Position numbers and translations under genes: made by a program. A model generated the notes under the pieces. The model was not told the origin of the DNA. It did no database searches and saw only the letters and a program-made list of their open reading frames with translations. From assembly GCA_965203295.1 (NCBI GenBank), contig CBDBCZ010000018.1:1824001-1888000 (forward strand): DNA of 64,000 bases, read 5' to 3'. This stretch comes from Nitrospirales bacterium (lineage in GTDB: Bacteria; Nitrospirota; Nitrospiria; Nitrospirales; UBA8639). Every line of letters starts with the position of its first letter. The first letter of the stretch is position 1. This document shows, one piece after another, positions 22,950-37,600 of this stretch.

Positions 22950-23165
22950 GGTAAAGAGTTAATAACCAGTTCTATTTTCTAAACAGTTCGGAAAGGTCAG
23001 CTAAATGGTAGCTAGTTACTTTGGCTTAAAGTCTTTGCCAGAGACCAACAAAGCTAACAATTTTCAATAAATCCTTCTTTCCTAATCTTCAGACAGACAT
23101 CAACCAAACTAAACAAGCCTTTGAATAACAAGTTCTTTTCCTAAACAGTTGGGAAGGGTCAGATC

Positions 23166-23504
23166 TGAAGATTAGGAAAGAAGGATTTCATTGAAAATTG
23201 TTAGTTTTGTTGGTCTCAGGCAAAGACTTTCAGCCAAAGTAACTGGCTACCATTGATCTGACCCTTCCCAACTGTTTTGGAAAAGAACTGGTTATTCAAA
23301 GGCTTGTTTAGTTTGAATGATGTTAGTCAGATACAATACACGCTTATGAAGTATCGATGTTCAAGAAAGGAACTAGTTATTTAAAGGCTTGTTTAGTTTG
23401 GTTGATGTTAGTCTAAAGATTAAGAAAGAAGGATTTTATTGAAAATTGTTAGTTTTGTTGGTCTCAGGAAAAGACTTTCAGCCAAAGTAACTGGCTACCA
23501 TTGA
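23166..23504 (-). repeat. 339-bp inverted satellite segment, copy 2
   Basis: Same breakpoints as 16638-16976. Confidence 0.95.
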
Positions 23505-25266
23505 GGCTAACATCAACAAAACTAAACAGGCCTTTGAATAACCAGCTCTTTTTCTAAACAGTTGGGAAGGGTCAGATAAATGGTAGCAAGTTACTTTGGC
23601 TTAAAATCATTGCCAGAGACAACAAAACTAACAATTTTGAATATAATCCTTCTTTCCTAATCTTCAGACTAACATCAACCAAACTAAACAAGCCTTTGAA
23701 TAACCAGTTCCTTTATTGAACATAGATAATTCCTAAGCATGGATTGTATATGACTAACATGATTCAAACTAAACAAGCCTTTGAATAACCAGTTCTTTTT
23801 CTAAACATTTCGGAAGGGTCAGATAAATGGTAGCTAGTTACTTTGGCTTAAAGTCTTTGCCAGAGACCAAGAAAACTAACAATTTTTAATAAAATCCCTC
23901 TTTCCTAATCTTCAGACAAACATCAACCAAACTAAACAAGCCTTTGAATAAACAGTTCCTTTCTTGAACATCGATACTTCCTAAGCATGTATTGTATTTG
24001 ACTAACATCATTCACACTAAACAAGCCTTTGAATAACCAGTTCTTATCCTAAACAGTTGGGAAAGGTCAGATCAATGGTAGCTAGTTACTTTGGCTGAAA
24101 GTCTTTGCCTGAGACCAAAAAAAACGAATTCTTCCTAAGAATGTATTGTATATGGCTAACATCAGCGAAACTAAACAAGCTATTGAATCCTAAACCAGTC
24201 CTTTTACTAGACAGTTGGGAAGGGTCAAATCAACGGTAGCTAGTTGTTTTGGCTTAAAATCTTTGTTTGAAATCAACAAAACTCAAATTCTACTAATTTG
24301 CAGCTTAAAGTCTTTGCAAGAGACCAACAAAACTAACAATTTTCAATAAAATCATTCTTTCCTAATCTTCAGACTAACATCAACAAAACTAAACAGGCCT
24401 TTGAATAACCAGTTCTTTTTCTAAACAGTTGGGAAGAGTCAGATAAATGGTAGCTAGTTACTTTGGCTTAAAGTCTTTGCTAGAGACCAACAAAACTAAC
24501 AATTTTCAATAAAATCCTTCTTTCCTAATCTTCAGACTAGCATCAACAAAACTAAACAAGCCTTTGAATAACCAGTTCCTTTCTTGAACATCGATACTTC
24601 TTAAGCATGTATTGTATTTGATTAAAATCATTCAAACTAAACAAGCCTTTGCACAACCAGTTCTTTTCCTAAACATTTGGGAAGGGTCAGATCAATGGTA
24701 GCTTGTTACTTTGGCTTAAAGTCTTTGCCAGAGACCAACAAAGCTAACAATTTTCAATAAATCCTTCTTTCCTAATCTTCAGACTAACATCAACCAAACT
24801 AAACAAGCCTTTGAATAACAAGTTCCTTTCTTGAACATCGATACTTCCTAGGCATGTATTGTATTTGACTAACATCATTCAAACTAAACAAGCCTTTGCA
24901 CAACCAGTTCTTTTCCTAAACAGTTGGGAAGGGTCAGATAAATGGTAGCTTGTTACTTTGGCTGAAAGTCTTTGCTAGAGACCAACAAAACTAACAATTT
25001 TCAATAAAATCCTTCTTTCATAATCTTCAGGCTAACATCAACAAAACTAAACAGGCCCTTTAATAACCAGTTCTATTTTCTAAACAGTTCGGAAGGGTCA
25101 GCTAAATGGTAGCTAGTTACTTTGGCTTAAAGTCTTTGCCAGAGACCAACAAAGCTAACAATTTTCAATAAATCCTTCTTTCCTAATCTTCAGACAGACA
25201 TCAACCAAACTAAACAAGCCTTTGAATAACAAGTTCTTTTCCTTAACAGTTGGGAAGGGTCAGATC

Positions 25267-25605
25267 TGAAGATTAGGAAAGAAGGATTTCATTGAAAATT
25301 GTTAGTTTTGTTGGTCTCAGGCTAAGACTTTCAGCCAAAGTAACTGGCTACCATTGATCTGACCCTTCCCAACTGTTTTGGAAAAGAACTGGTTATTCAA
25401 AGGCTTGTTTAGTTTGAATGATGTTAGTCAGATACAATACACGCTTATGAAGTATCGATGTTCAAGAAAGGAACTTGTTATTCAAAGGCTTGTTTAGTTT
25501 GGTTGATGTTAGTCTAAAGATTAGGAAAGAAGGATTTTATTGAAAATTGTTAGTTTTGTTGGTCTCAGGCAAAGACTTTCAGCCAAAGTAACTGGCTACC
25601 ATTGA
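25267..25605 (-). repeat. 339-bp inverted satellite segment, copy 3
   Basis: Same breakpoints; 2,101 bp after copy 2. Confidence 0.95.
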
Positions 25606-28600
25606 GGCTAACATCAACAAAACTAAACAGGCCTTTGAATAACCAGCTCTTTTTCTAAACAGTTGGGAAGGGTCAGATAAATGGTAGCAAGTTACTTTGG
25701 CTTAAAATCATTGCCAGAGACAACAAAACTAACAATTTTGAATATAATCCTTCTTTCCTAATCTTCAGACTAACATCAACCAAACTAAACAAGCCTTTGA
25801 ATAACCAGTTCCTTTATTGAACATAGATAATTCCTAAGCATGGATTGTATATGACTAACATGATTCAAACTAAACAAGCCTTTGAATAACCAGTTCTTTT
25901 TCTAAACAGTTCGGAAGGGTCAGATAAATGGTAGCTAGTTACTTTGGCTTAAAGTCTTTGCCAGAGACCAAGAAAACTAACAATTTTTAATAAAATCCCT
26001 CTTTCCTAATCTTCAGAAAAACATCAACCAAACTAAACAAGCCTTTGAATAAACAGTTCCTTTCTTGAACATCGATACTTCCTAAGCATGTATTGTATTT
26101 GACTAACATCATTCACACTAAACAAGCCTTTGAATAACCAGTTCTTATCCTAAACAGTTGGGAAAGGTCAGATCAATGGTAGCTAGTTATTTTGGCTGAA
26201 AGTCTTTGCCTGAGACCAAAAAAAACGAATTCTTCATAAGAATGTATTGTATATGACTAACATCAGCGAAACTAAACAAGCTATTGAATCCTAAACTAGT
26301 CCTTTTACTAGACAGTTGGGAAGGGTCAAATCAACGGTAGCTAGTTGTTTTGGCTTAAAATCTTTGTTTGAAATCAACAAAACTCAAATTCTACTAATTT
26401 GCAGCTTAAAGTCTTTGCAAGAGACCAACAAAGCTAACAATTTTCAATAAATCCTTCTTTCCTAATCTTCAGACTAACATCAACCAAACTAAACAAGCCT
26501 TTGAATAACAAGTTCCTTTCTTGAACATCGATACTTCCTAGGCATGTATTGTATTTGACTAACATCATTCAAACTAAACAAGCCTTTGAATAACCAGTTC
26601 TTTTCCTAAACAGTTAGGAAGGGTCAGATCAATGGTAGCTAGTTACTTCGGCTTAAAGTCATTGCTAGAGACCAACAAAACTAACAATTTTCAATAAAAT
26701 CCTTCTTTCCTAATCTTGAGACTAACATCAACCAAACTAAACAAGCCTTTGAATAACCAGTTCCTTTCTTGAACATCGATACTTCCTAAGCATGTATTGT
26801 ATCCTACTAACATCATTTAAACTAAACAAGCCTTTGAATAACCAGTTCATTTCCTAAACAGTTGGGATCAATGGTAGCTAGTTACTTTGGCTCAAAGTCT
26901 TTGCTAGAGACCAAAAAAACTAACGATTTTCTATAAAATACTTCTTTCCTAATCTGCAGACTAACATCAACCAAACTAAACAAGCCTTTGAATAACCAGT
27001 TCCTTTCTTGAACATCGATACTTCTTAAGCATGTATTGTATCTGACTAACATCATTCAAACTAAACAAGCCTTTGAATAACCAGTTCTTTTCCAAAACAG
27101 TTGGGAAGGGTCAGATCAATGGTAGCCAGTTACTTTGGCAGAAAGTCTTTGCCTGAGACCAACAAAACTAACAATTTTGAATAAAATCCTTCTTTCCTAA
27201 TCTTCAGGCTAACATCAACAAAACTAAACAGGCCTTTGAATAACCAGCTCTTTTTTTAAACAGTTGGGAAGGGTCAGATAAATCGTAGCAAGTTACTTTG
27301 GCTTAAAGTCTTTGCTAGAGACCAACAAAACTAACAATTTTAAATAAAATCCTTCTTTCCTAATCTTCAGACTAACATCATCAAACTAAACAAGCTTTTG
27401 AATAATCAATTCTTTTTTTAAACAGTTGGGAAGGGTCAGATCATTGGTAGCTAGTTACATTGGCTTAAAGTCTTTGCTAGAGACCAAAAAAACTAACAAT
27501 TTTCAATAAAATCCTTCTTTCCTAATCTTCAGACTAACATCATCAAACTAAACAAGCTTTTGAATAATCAATTCTTTTTTTAAACAGTTGGGATGGGTCA
27601 GATCATTGGTAGCTAGTTACATTGGCTTAAAGTCATTGCTAGAGACCAAAAAAACTAACAATTTTCAATAAAATCCTTCTTTCCTTATCTTCAGACTAAC
27701 ATCAACCAAGCATTAGAAAAACCAGTTCCTTTCTTGAACATTGATACTTCCTAAGCATGTATTGTATCTGACTAATATCATTCAAACTAAACAAGCCTTT
27801 GAATAACCAGCTCTTTTTCTAAATAGTTGGGAAGGGTCAGATCAATGGTAGCTAGTAACTTTGGCTTAAAGTCTTTGCAAGAGACCAACAAAACTATCAA
27901 TTTTCAATAAAATCCTTCTTTCCTAATCTCCAGGCTAACATCAACAAAACTAAACAGGCCTTTGAATAACCAGTTCTTTTTCTAAAAAGTTGGGAAGAGC
28001 CAGATAAATGGCAGCTAGTTACTTTGGCTTAAAGTCTTTGCTAGAGACCAACGAAACTAACAATTTTCAATACAATCCTTCTTTCCTAATCTTCAGACTA
28101 ACATCCTTCAAACTAAACAAGCTTTTGAAAAAACCAACTCTTTTTCTAAACAGTTGGGAAGGGTTAGATCATTGGTAGCTAGTTACTTTGGCTTAAAGCC
28201 TTTGCTAGAGACCAAAAAAACTAACAATTTTCATTAAAATCCTTCTTTCCTAATCTTCAGACTAACATCAACCAAGCCTTTGAATAACCAGTTCCTTTCT
28301 TGAACATTGATACTTCCTAAGCATGTATTGTATCTGACTAATATCATTCAAACAAAACAAGCCTTTGAATAACCAGTTCTTTTCCTAAACAGTTGGGAAG
28401 GGTCAGTTCAATGGTAGCTAGTTACTTTGGCTTAAAGTTTTTGCAAGAGACCAACAAAACTAACAATTTACAATAAAATCTTTATTTCCTAATCTTCAGG
28501 CTAACATCAACAAAACTAAACAGGCCTTTGAATAACCAGTTCTTTTTCTAAACAGTTCGGAAGGGTCAGATAAATGGTAGCTAGTTACTTTGGCTTAAAG

Positions 28601-31600
28601 TCTTTCCTAGAGACCAACAAAACTAACAATTTTCAATAAAATCCTTCTTTCCTAATCTTCAGACTAACATCAACCAAGCCTTTGAATAACCAGTTCCTTT
28701 CTTGAACATTGATACTTCCTAAGCATGTAATGTATCTGACTAATATCATTCAAACTAAACAAGCCTTTGAATAACAAGTTCCTTTCTTGAACATCGATAC
28801 TTCCTAAGCATGTATTGTATTTCACTAACATCATTCAAACTAAACAAGCCTTTGAATAACCAGTTCTTTTTCTAAACAGTTGGGAAGGGTCAGATCAATG
28901 GTAGTTAGTTACTTCGGCTTAAAGTCATTGCTAGAGACCAAAAAAACTAACAATTTTCAATAAAATCCTTCTTTCCTAATCTTCAGACTAACATCAACCA
29001 AACTAAACAAGCCTTTGAATAACCAGTTCCTTTCTTGAACATCGATACTTCCTAAACATGTATTGTATCCGACTAACATCATTCAAACTAAACAAGCTTT
29101 TGAATAACCAGTTCATTTCCTAAACAGTTGGGAAGGGTCAGATCAATGGTAGCTAGTTACTTTGGCTCAAAGTCTTTGCTAGAGACCAAAAAAACTAACG
29201 ATTTTCTATAAAATACTTCTTTCCTAATCTGCAGACTAACATCAACCAAACTAAACAAGCCTTTGAATAAACAGTTCCTTTCTTGAACATCGATACTTCC
29301 TAAGCTTGTAGTGTATCTTACTAACATCATCCCAACTAAACAAGCTTTTGAATAAGTTCTTTTCCTAAAAAGTTGGGAAGGGTCAGATCAATGGTAGCCA
29401 GTTAGTTTGGCTGAAAGTCGTTGCATGAGACCAACAAAACTAACAATTTTCAATAAAATCCTTCTTTCCTAATATTCAGACTAACATCATTCAAACTAAA
29501 CAAGCTTTGGAATAACCAATTCTTTTTCTAAACAGTTGGGAAGGGTCAGATCATTGGTAGCTAGTTACTTTGGCTTAAAGCCTTTGCTAGAGACCAACAA
29601 AACTAACAATTTTCAATAAAATCCTTCTTTCCTAATCTTCAGGTTAACATCAACAAAACTAAACAGGCCTTTGAATAACCAGTTCTTTTTCTAAACAGTT
29701 CGGAAGGGTCAGATTAATGGTAGCTAGTAACTTTGGCTTAAAGTCTTTGCTAGAGACCAACAAAACTAACAATTTTCAATAAAATCCTTCTTTCCTAATC
29801 TTCAGACTAACATCATTCAAACTAAACAAGCCTTTGAATAACCAGTTCTTTTCCTAAACAGTTGGGAAGGGTCAGATCAATGGTAGCTAGTTACTATGGC
29901 TTAAAGTCTTTGCTAGAGACCAACAAAACTAACAATTTTCAATAAAATCCTTCTTTCCTAATCTTCAGACTAACATCATTAAAACTAAACAAGCTTTGGA
30001 ATAACCAATTCTTTTTCTAAACAGTTGGGAAGGGTCAGATCATTGGTAGCTAGTTACTTTGGCATAAAGCCTTTGCTAGAGACCAACAAAACTAACAATT
30101 TTCAATAAAATCCTTCTTTCCTAATCTTCAGACTAACATCAACCAAGCCTTTGAATAACCAGTTCCTTTCTTGAACATTGATACTTCCTAAGCATGTATT
30201 GTATCTGACAAATATCATTCAAACTAAACAAGCCTTTGAATAACCAGCTCTTTTTCTAAATAGTTAGGAAGGGTCAGATCAATAGTAGCTAGTAACTTTG
30301 GCTTAAAGTCTTTGTAAGAGACCAACAAACTAACAATTTTCAATAAAATCCTTCTTTCCTAATCTTCAGGCTAACATCAACAAAACTAAACAGGCCTTTG
30401 AATAACCAGTTCTTCTTCTAAACAGTTGGGAAGGGTCAGATAAATGGTAGCCAGTTACTTTAGCTGAAAGTCTTTGCTAGACACCAACAAAACTAACAAT
30501 TTTCAATAAAATCCTTCTTTCCTAATCTTCAGACTAACATCTTTCAAACTAAACAAGCCTTTGAATAACCAGTTCTTTTCCTAAACAGTTTTGGGAAGGG
30601 TCAAATCAATGGTAGCTAGTTACTTTGGCTTAAAGTCTTTGCTAAAGACCAACAAAACTAACAATTTTAGATAAAATCCTTCTTTCCTAATCTTCAGACT
30701 AACATTAACCAAACTAAACAAGCCTTTGAATAACCAGTTCCTTTCTTGAACATTGATACTTCCGAAGCATGTATTGTATCTGACTAATATCATTCAAACA
30801 AAAATAGCCTTTGAATAACCATTTCTTTTCCTAAACAGTTGGGAAGGGTCAGATCAATGGTAGCAAGTTACTTTGGCTTAAAGTCTTTGCTAGAGACCAA
30901 CAAAACTAACAATTTTCATTAAAATCCTTCTTTCCTAATCTTCAGGCTAACATCAACAAAACTAAACAGGCCTTTTAATAACCAGTTCTTTTTCTAAACA
31001 GTTGGAAAGGGTCAGATAAATGGTAGCTAGTTACTTTGGCTTAAAGTCTTTGCTAGAGACCAACAAAACTAACAATTTTCAATAAAATCCTTCTTTCCTA
31101 ATCTTCAGACTAACATCATTCAAACTAAACAAGCCTTCTTTGAATAACCAGTTCTTTTCCTAAACAGTTAGGAAGGGTCAGATCAATGGTAGCTAGTTAC
31201 TTTGGCTGAAAGTCTTTGCCTGAGACCAACAAAACTAACAATTTTCAATAAAATCCTTCTTTCCTAATCTTCAGACTAACATCAACCAAACAAAACAAGC
31301 CTTTGAATAACCAGTTCCTTTCTTGAACATCGACACTTCCTAAACATGTATTGTATCCGACTAACATGATTAAAACTTATCTAGCCTTTGAATAACAGGT
31401 TCTTTTCCTAAACAGCTGGGAAGGGTCAGATCAATGGTAGCTAGTTACTTTGGCTCAAAGTCTTTGCTAGAGACCAACAAAACTAACGATTTTCTATAAA
31501 ATACTTCTTTCCTAATCTGCAGACTAACATCAAGCAAACTAAATAAGCATTTGAATAACCAGTTCCTTTCTTAAACATCGATACTTCCTAAGCATGTATT

Positions 31601-34600
31601 GTATCTGACTAACATCATTCAAACTAAACAAGCCTTTGAATAACAAGTTCTTTTCCTAAATAGTTGGGAAGGGTCAGATCAATGGTAGCCAGTTACTTTG
31701 GCTGAAAGTATTTGCTTGAGACCAAAAAAACTAACAATTTTAGATAAAATCCTTCTTTCCTAATCTTCAGACTAACATCAACCAAACTAAACAAGCCTTT
31801 GAATAACCAGTTCCTTTCTTGAACATCGACACTTTTTAAACATGTATTGTATTCGACTAACATCATTAAAACTAATCAAGCCTTTGAATAACCAGTTATT
31901 TTCCTAAACAGCTGGGAAGGGTCAGATCAATGATAGCTAGTTACTTTGGCTGAAAGTCTTTGCCTGAGACCAACAAAACTAACAATTTTCAATAAAATCC
32001 TTCTTTCCTAATCTTCAGGTTAACATCAACAAAACTAAACAGGCCTTTGAATAACCAGTTCTTTTTCTAAACAGTTTGGAAGGGTCAGATTAATGGTAGC
32101 TAGTAACTTTGGCTTAAAGTCTTTGCTAGAGACCAACAAAACTAACAATTTTCAATAAAATTCTTCTTTCCTAATCTTCAGACTAACATCATTCAAACTA
32201 AACAAGCCTTTGAATAACCAGTTCTTTTCCTAAACAGTTGGGAAGGGTCAGATCAATGGTAGCTAGTTACTATGGCTTAAAGTCTTTGCTAGAGACCAAC
32301 AAAACTAACAATTTTCAATAAAATCCTTCTTACCTAATCTTAAGACTAACATTAACCAAACTAAACAAGCCTTTGAATAACCAGTTCCTTTCTTGAACAT
32401 TGATACTTCCTAAGCATGTATTGTATCTGACTAATATCATTCAAACAAAACAAGCCTTTGAATAACCAGTTCTTTTCCTAAACAGTTGGGAAGGGTCAGA
32501 TCAATGGTAGCTAGTAACTTTGGCTTAAAGTCTTTGCTAGAGACCAACGAAACTAACAATTTTCAATAAAATCCTTCTTTCCTAATCTTCAGACTAACAT
32601 CATTAAAACTAAACAAGCTTTGGAATAACCAATTCTTTTTCTAAACAGTTGGGAAGGGTCAGATCATTGGTAGCTAGTTACTTTGGCATAAAGCCTTTGC
32701 TAGAGACCAACAAAACTAACAATTTTCAATAAAATCCTTCTTTCCTAATCTTCAGACTAACATCAACCAAGCCTTTGAATAACCAGTTCCTTTCTTGAAC
32801 ATTGATACTTCCTAACCATGTATTGTATCTGACAAATATCATTCAAACTAAACAAGCCTTTGAATAACCAGCTCTTTTTCTAAATAGTTAGGAAGGGTCA
32901 GATCAATAGTAGCTAGTAACTTTGGCTTAAAGTCTTTGTAAGAGACCAACAAACTAACAATTTTCAATAAAATCCTTCTTTCCTAATCTTCAGGCTAACA
33001 TCAACAAAACTAAACAGGCCTTTGAATAACCAGTTCTTCTTCTAAACAGTTGGGAAGGGTCAGATAAATGGTAGCCAGTTACTTTAGCTGAAAGTCTTTG
33101 CTAGACACCAACAAAACTAACAATTTTCAATAAAATCCTTCATTCCTAATCTTCAGATTAACATCATTCAAACTAAACAAGCCTTTGAATAACCAGTTCT
33201 TTTCCTAAACAGTTTTGGGAAGGGTCAAATCAATGGTAGCTAGTTACTTTGGCTTAAAGTCTTTGCTAAAGACCAACAAAACTAACAATTTTAGATAAAA
33301 TCCTTCTTTCCTAATCTTCAGACTAACATTAACCAAACTAAACAAGCCTTTGAATAACCAGTTCCTTTCTTGAACATTGATACTTCCTAAGCATGTATTG
33401 TATCTGACTAATATCATTCAAACAAAACAAGCCTTTGAATAACCAGTTCTTTTCCTAAACAGTTGGGAAGGGTCAGATCAATGGTAGCAAGTTACTTTGG
33501 CTTAAAGTCTTTGCTAGAGACAAACAAAACTAACAATTTTCAATAAAATCCTTCTTTCCTAATCTTCAGGCTAACATCAACAAAACTAAACAGGCCTTTT
33601 AATAACCAGTTCTTTTTCTAAACAGTTGGAAAGGGTCAGATAAATGGTAGCTAGTTACTTTGGCTTAAAGTCTTTGCTAGAGACCAACAAAACTAACAAT
33701 TTTCAATAAAATCCTTCTTTCCTAATCTTCAGACTAATATCATTCAAACTAAACAAGCCTTCTTTGAATAACCAGTTCTTTTCCTAAACAGTTAGGAAGG
33801 GTCAGATCAATGGTAGCTAGTTACTTTGGCTGAAAGTCTTTGCCTGAGACCAACAAAACTAACAATTTTCAATAAAATCCTTCTTTCCTAATCTTCAGAC
33901 TAACATCAACCAAACAAAACAAGCTTTTGAATAACCAGTTCCTTTCTTGAACATCGACACTTCCTAAACATGTATTGTATCCGACTAACATGTTTAAAAC
34001 TAATCTAGCCTTTGAATAACAGGTTCTTTTCCTAAACAGCTGGGAAGGGTCAGATCAATGGTAGCTAGTTACTTTGGCTCAAAGTCTTTGCTAGAGACCA
34101 ACAAAACTAACGATTTTCTATAAAATACTTCTTTCCTAATCTGCAGACTAACATCAAGCAAACTAAATAAGCATTTGAATAACCAGTTCCTTTCTTAAAC
34201 ATCGATACTTCCTAAGCATGTATTGTATCTGACTAACATCATTCAAACTAAACAAGCCTTTGAATAACAAGTTCTTTTCCTAAATAGTTGGGAAGGGTCA
34301 GATCAATGGTAGCCAGTTACTTTGGCTGAAAGTATTTGCTTGAGACCAAAAAAACTAACAATTTTTAATAAAATCCTTCTTTCCTAATCTTCAGACTAAC
34401 ATCAACCAAACTAAACAAGCCTTTGAATAACCAGTTCCTTTCTTGAACATTGATACTTCCTAAGCATGTATTGTATCTGACAAATATCATTCAAACAAAA
34501 CAAGCCTTTGAATAACCAGCTCTTTTTCTAAATAGTTGGGAAGGATCAGATCAATGGTAGCCAGTTACTTTGGCTTAAAGTCTTTGTAAGAGACCAACAA

Positions 34601-37600
34601 AACTAACAATTATCAATAAAATCCTTCTTTCTTAATCTTCAGGCTAAAATCAACGAAACTAAACAGGCCTTTGAATAACCAGTTCTTTTTCTAAACAGTT
34701 GGGAAGGGTCAGATAAATGGTAGCTAGTTACTTTGGCTTAAAGTCTTTGCTAGAGACCAACAAAACTAACAATTTTCAATAAAATCCTTCTTTCCTAATC
34801 TTCAGACTAACATCATTCAAACTAAACAAGCCTTCTTTGAATAAAAAGTTCTTTTCCTAAACCGTTGGGAAGGGTCAGTTCAATGGTAGCCAGTTATTTT
34901 GGCTGAAAGTATTTGCCTGAGACCAAAAAAACTAACAATTTTCAATAAAATCCTTCTTTCCTAATCTTCAGACTAACATCAACCAAACTAAACAAGCCTT
35001 TGAATAACCAGTTCCTTTCTTGAACATTGATATTTCCTAAGCATGTATTGTATCTGACTAATATCATTCAAACAAAACAAACCTTTGAATAACCAGCTCT
35101 TTTTCTGAATAGTTGAGAAGGATCAGATCAATGGTAGCCAGTTACTTTGGCTTAAAGTCTTTGCTAGAGACCAACAAAACTAACAATTATCAATAAAATC
35201 CTTCTTTCTTAATCTTCAGGCTAAAATCAACGAAACTAAAAAGGGCTTTGAATAACCAGTTCTTTTCCTAAACAGTTAGGAAGGATCAGATGAATGGCAG
35301 CTAGTTACTTTGGCTGAAAGTCTTTGCCTGAGACCAACAAAACTAACAATTTTCAATAAAATCCTTCTTTCCTAATCTTCAGACCAACATCAAGCTAACT
35401 AAACAAGCCTTTGAATAACCAGTTCCTTTCTTGAACATCGACACTTCTTAAACATGGATTGTATTCGACTAACATCATTCAAACTAATCAAGCCTTTGAA
35501 TAACCAGTTCTTTTCCTAAACAGCTGGGAAGGGTCAGATCAATGGTAGCTAGTTACTTTGGCTCAAAGTCTTTGCTAGAGACCAACAAAACTAAAGATTT
35601 TCTGTAAAATACTTCTTTCCTTATCTGCAGACTAACATCAAGCAAACTAAACAAGCCTTTGAATAACCAGTTCCTTTCTTGAACATCGATACTTCCTAAG
35701 CATGTATTGTATCTGACTAACATCATTAAAACTAAACAAGCCTTTGAATAACAAGTTCTTTTCCTAAACAGTTCGGAAGGGTCAGATCAATGGTAGCTAG
35801 TTACTTTGGCTAAAAGTCTTTGCTAGAGACCAACAAAACTAACGATTTTCTATAAAATACTTCTTTCCTAATCTGCAGACTAACATCAAGCAAACTAAAC
35901 AAGCCTTTGAATAACCAGTTTTTTTCTTGAACATCGATACTTCCTAAGCATGTATTGTATCTGACTAACATCATTCAAACTAAACAAGCCTTTGAATAAC
36001 CAGTTGTTTTCCTAAACAGTTGGGAAGGGTCAGATCAATGGTAGCCAGTTACTTTGGCTGAAAGTCTTTGCCTGAGACAAACAAAACTAACAATATTAAA
36101 TAAAATCCTTCTTTCCTAATCTTCAGACTAACATCAACCAAACTAAACAAGCCTTTGAATAACCAGTTCCTTTCTTGAACATCGATACTTCCTAAGCATG
36201 TATTGTATCTGACTAACATCATTCAAACTAAACAAGCCTTTGAATAACCAGTTGTTTTCCTAAACAGTTGGGAAGGGTCAGATCATTGGTAGCCAGTTAC
36301 TTTGGCTGAAAGTCTTTGCCGGAGACCAACAAAACTAACAATTTTAAATAAAATCCTTCTTTCCTAGTCTTCAGACTAACATCAACCAAACTAAACAAGC
36401 CTTTGAATAACCAGTTCCTTTCTAGAACATCGATACTTCCTAAGCATGTATTGTATCTGACTAATATCATTCAAACAAAACAAGCCTTTGAATAACCAGC
36501 TTTTTTTCTAAACAATTGGGAAGGGTCAGATAAATGGTAGCAAGTTACTTTGGCTTAAAGTCTTTGCTAGAGACAAAAAAAAACAACAATTTTAAATAAA
36601 ATCCTTCTTTCCTAATCTTCAGACTAACATCAACCAAACTAAACAAGCCTTTGAATAAACAGTTCCTTTCTTGAACATTGATACTTCCTAAGCATGTATT
36701 GTATCTGACTAATATCATTCAAACAAAACAAACCTTTGAATAACCAGCTCTTTTTCTAAATAGTTGGGAAGGATCAGATCAATGCTAGCCAGTTACTTTG
36801 GCTTAAAGTCTTTGCAAGAGACCAACAAAACTAACAATTATCAATAAAATCCTTCTTTCTTAATCTTCAGGCTAAAATCAACGAAACTAAAAAGGGCTTT
36901 GAATAACCAGTTCTTTTTTAAACAGTTGGGAAGGGTCAGATAAATGGTAGCTAGTTACTTTGGCTTAAAGTCTTTGCTAGAGACCAACAAAACTAACAAT
37001 TTTCAATAAAATCCTTCTTTCCTAATCTTCAGACTAACATCATTCAAACTAAACAAGCCTTTGAATAACCAGTTCTTTTCCTAAACAGTTAGGAAGGGTC
37101 AGATGAATGGTAGCTAGTTACTTTGGCTGAAAGTCTTTGCCTGAGACCAACAAAACTAACAATTTTCAATAAAATCCTTCTTTCCTAATCTTCAGACCAA
37201 CATCAAGCAAACAAAACAAGCCTTTGAATAACCAGTTCCTTTCTTGAACATCGACACTTCTTAAACATGTATTGTATTCGACTAACATCATTAAAACTAA
37301 TCAAGCCTTTGAATAACCAGTTCTTTTCCTAAACAGCTGGGAAGGGTCAGATCAATGGTAGCTAGTTACTTTGGCTCAAAGTCTTTGCTAGAGACCAACA
37401 AAACTAAAGATTTTCTATAAAATACTTCTTTCCTTATCTGCAGACTAACATCAAGCAAACTAAACAAGCCTTTGAATAACAGTTCCTTTCTTGAACATCG
37501 ATACTTCCTAAGCATGTATTGTATCTGACTAACATCATTAAAACTAAACAAGCCTTTGAATAACCAGTTCTTTTCCTAAACAGTTGGGAAGGGTCAGATC

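Larger units (their letters stand above)
19690..22958 (-). mobile_element. Full-length piggyBac-like DNA transposon (3,269 bp)
   Basis: TTAA at 19686-19689 and 22959-22962; perfect 13-bp TIRs CTCTTTACCGACC / GGTCGGTAAAGAG; encodes a piggyBac-family transposase. Confidence 0.97.
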
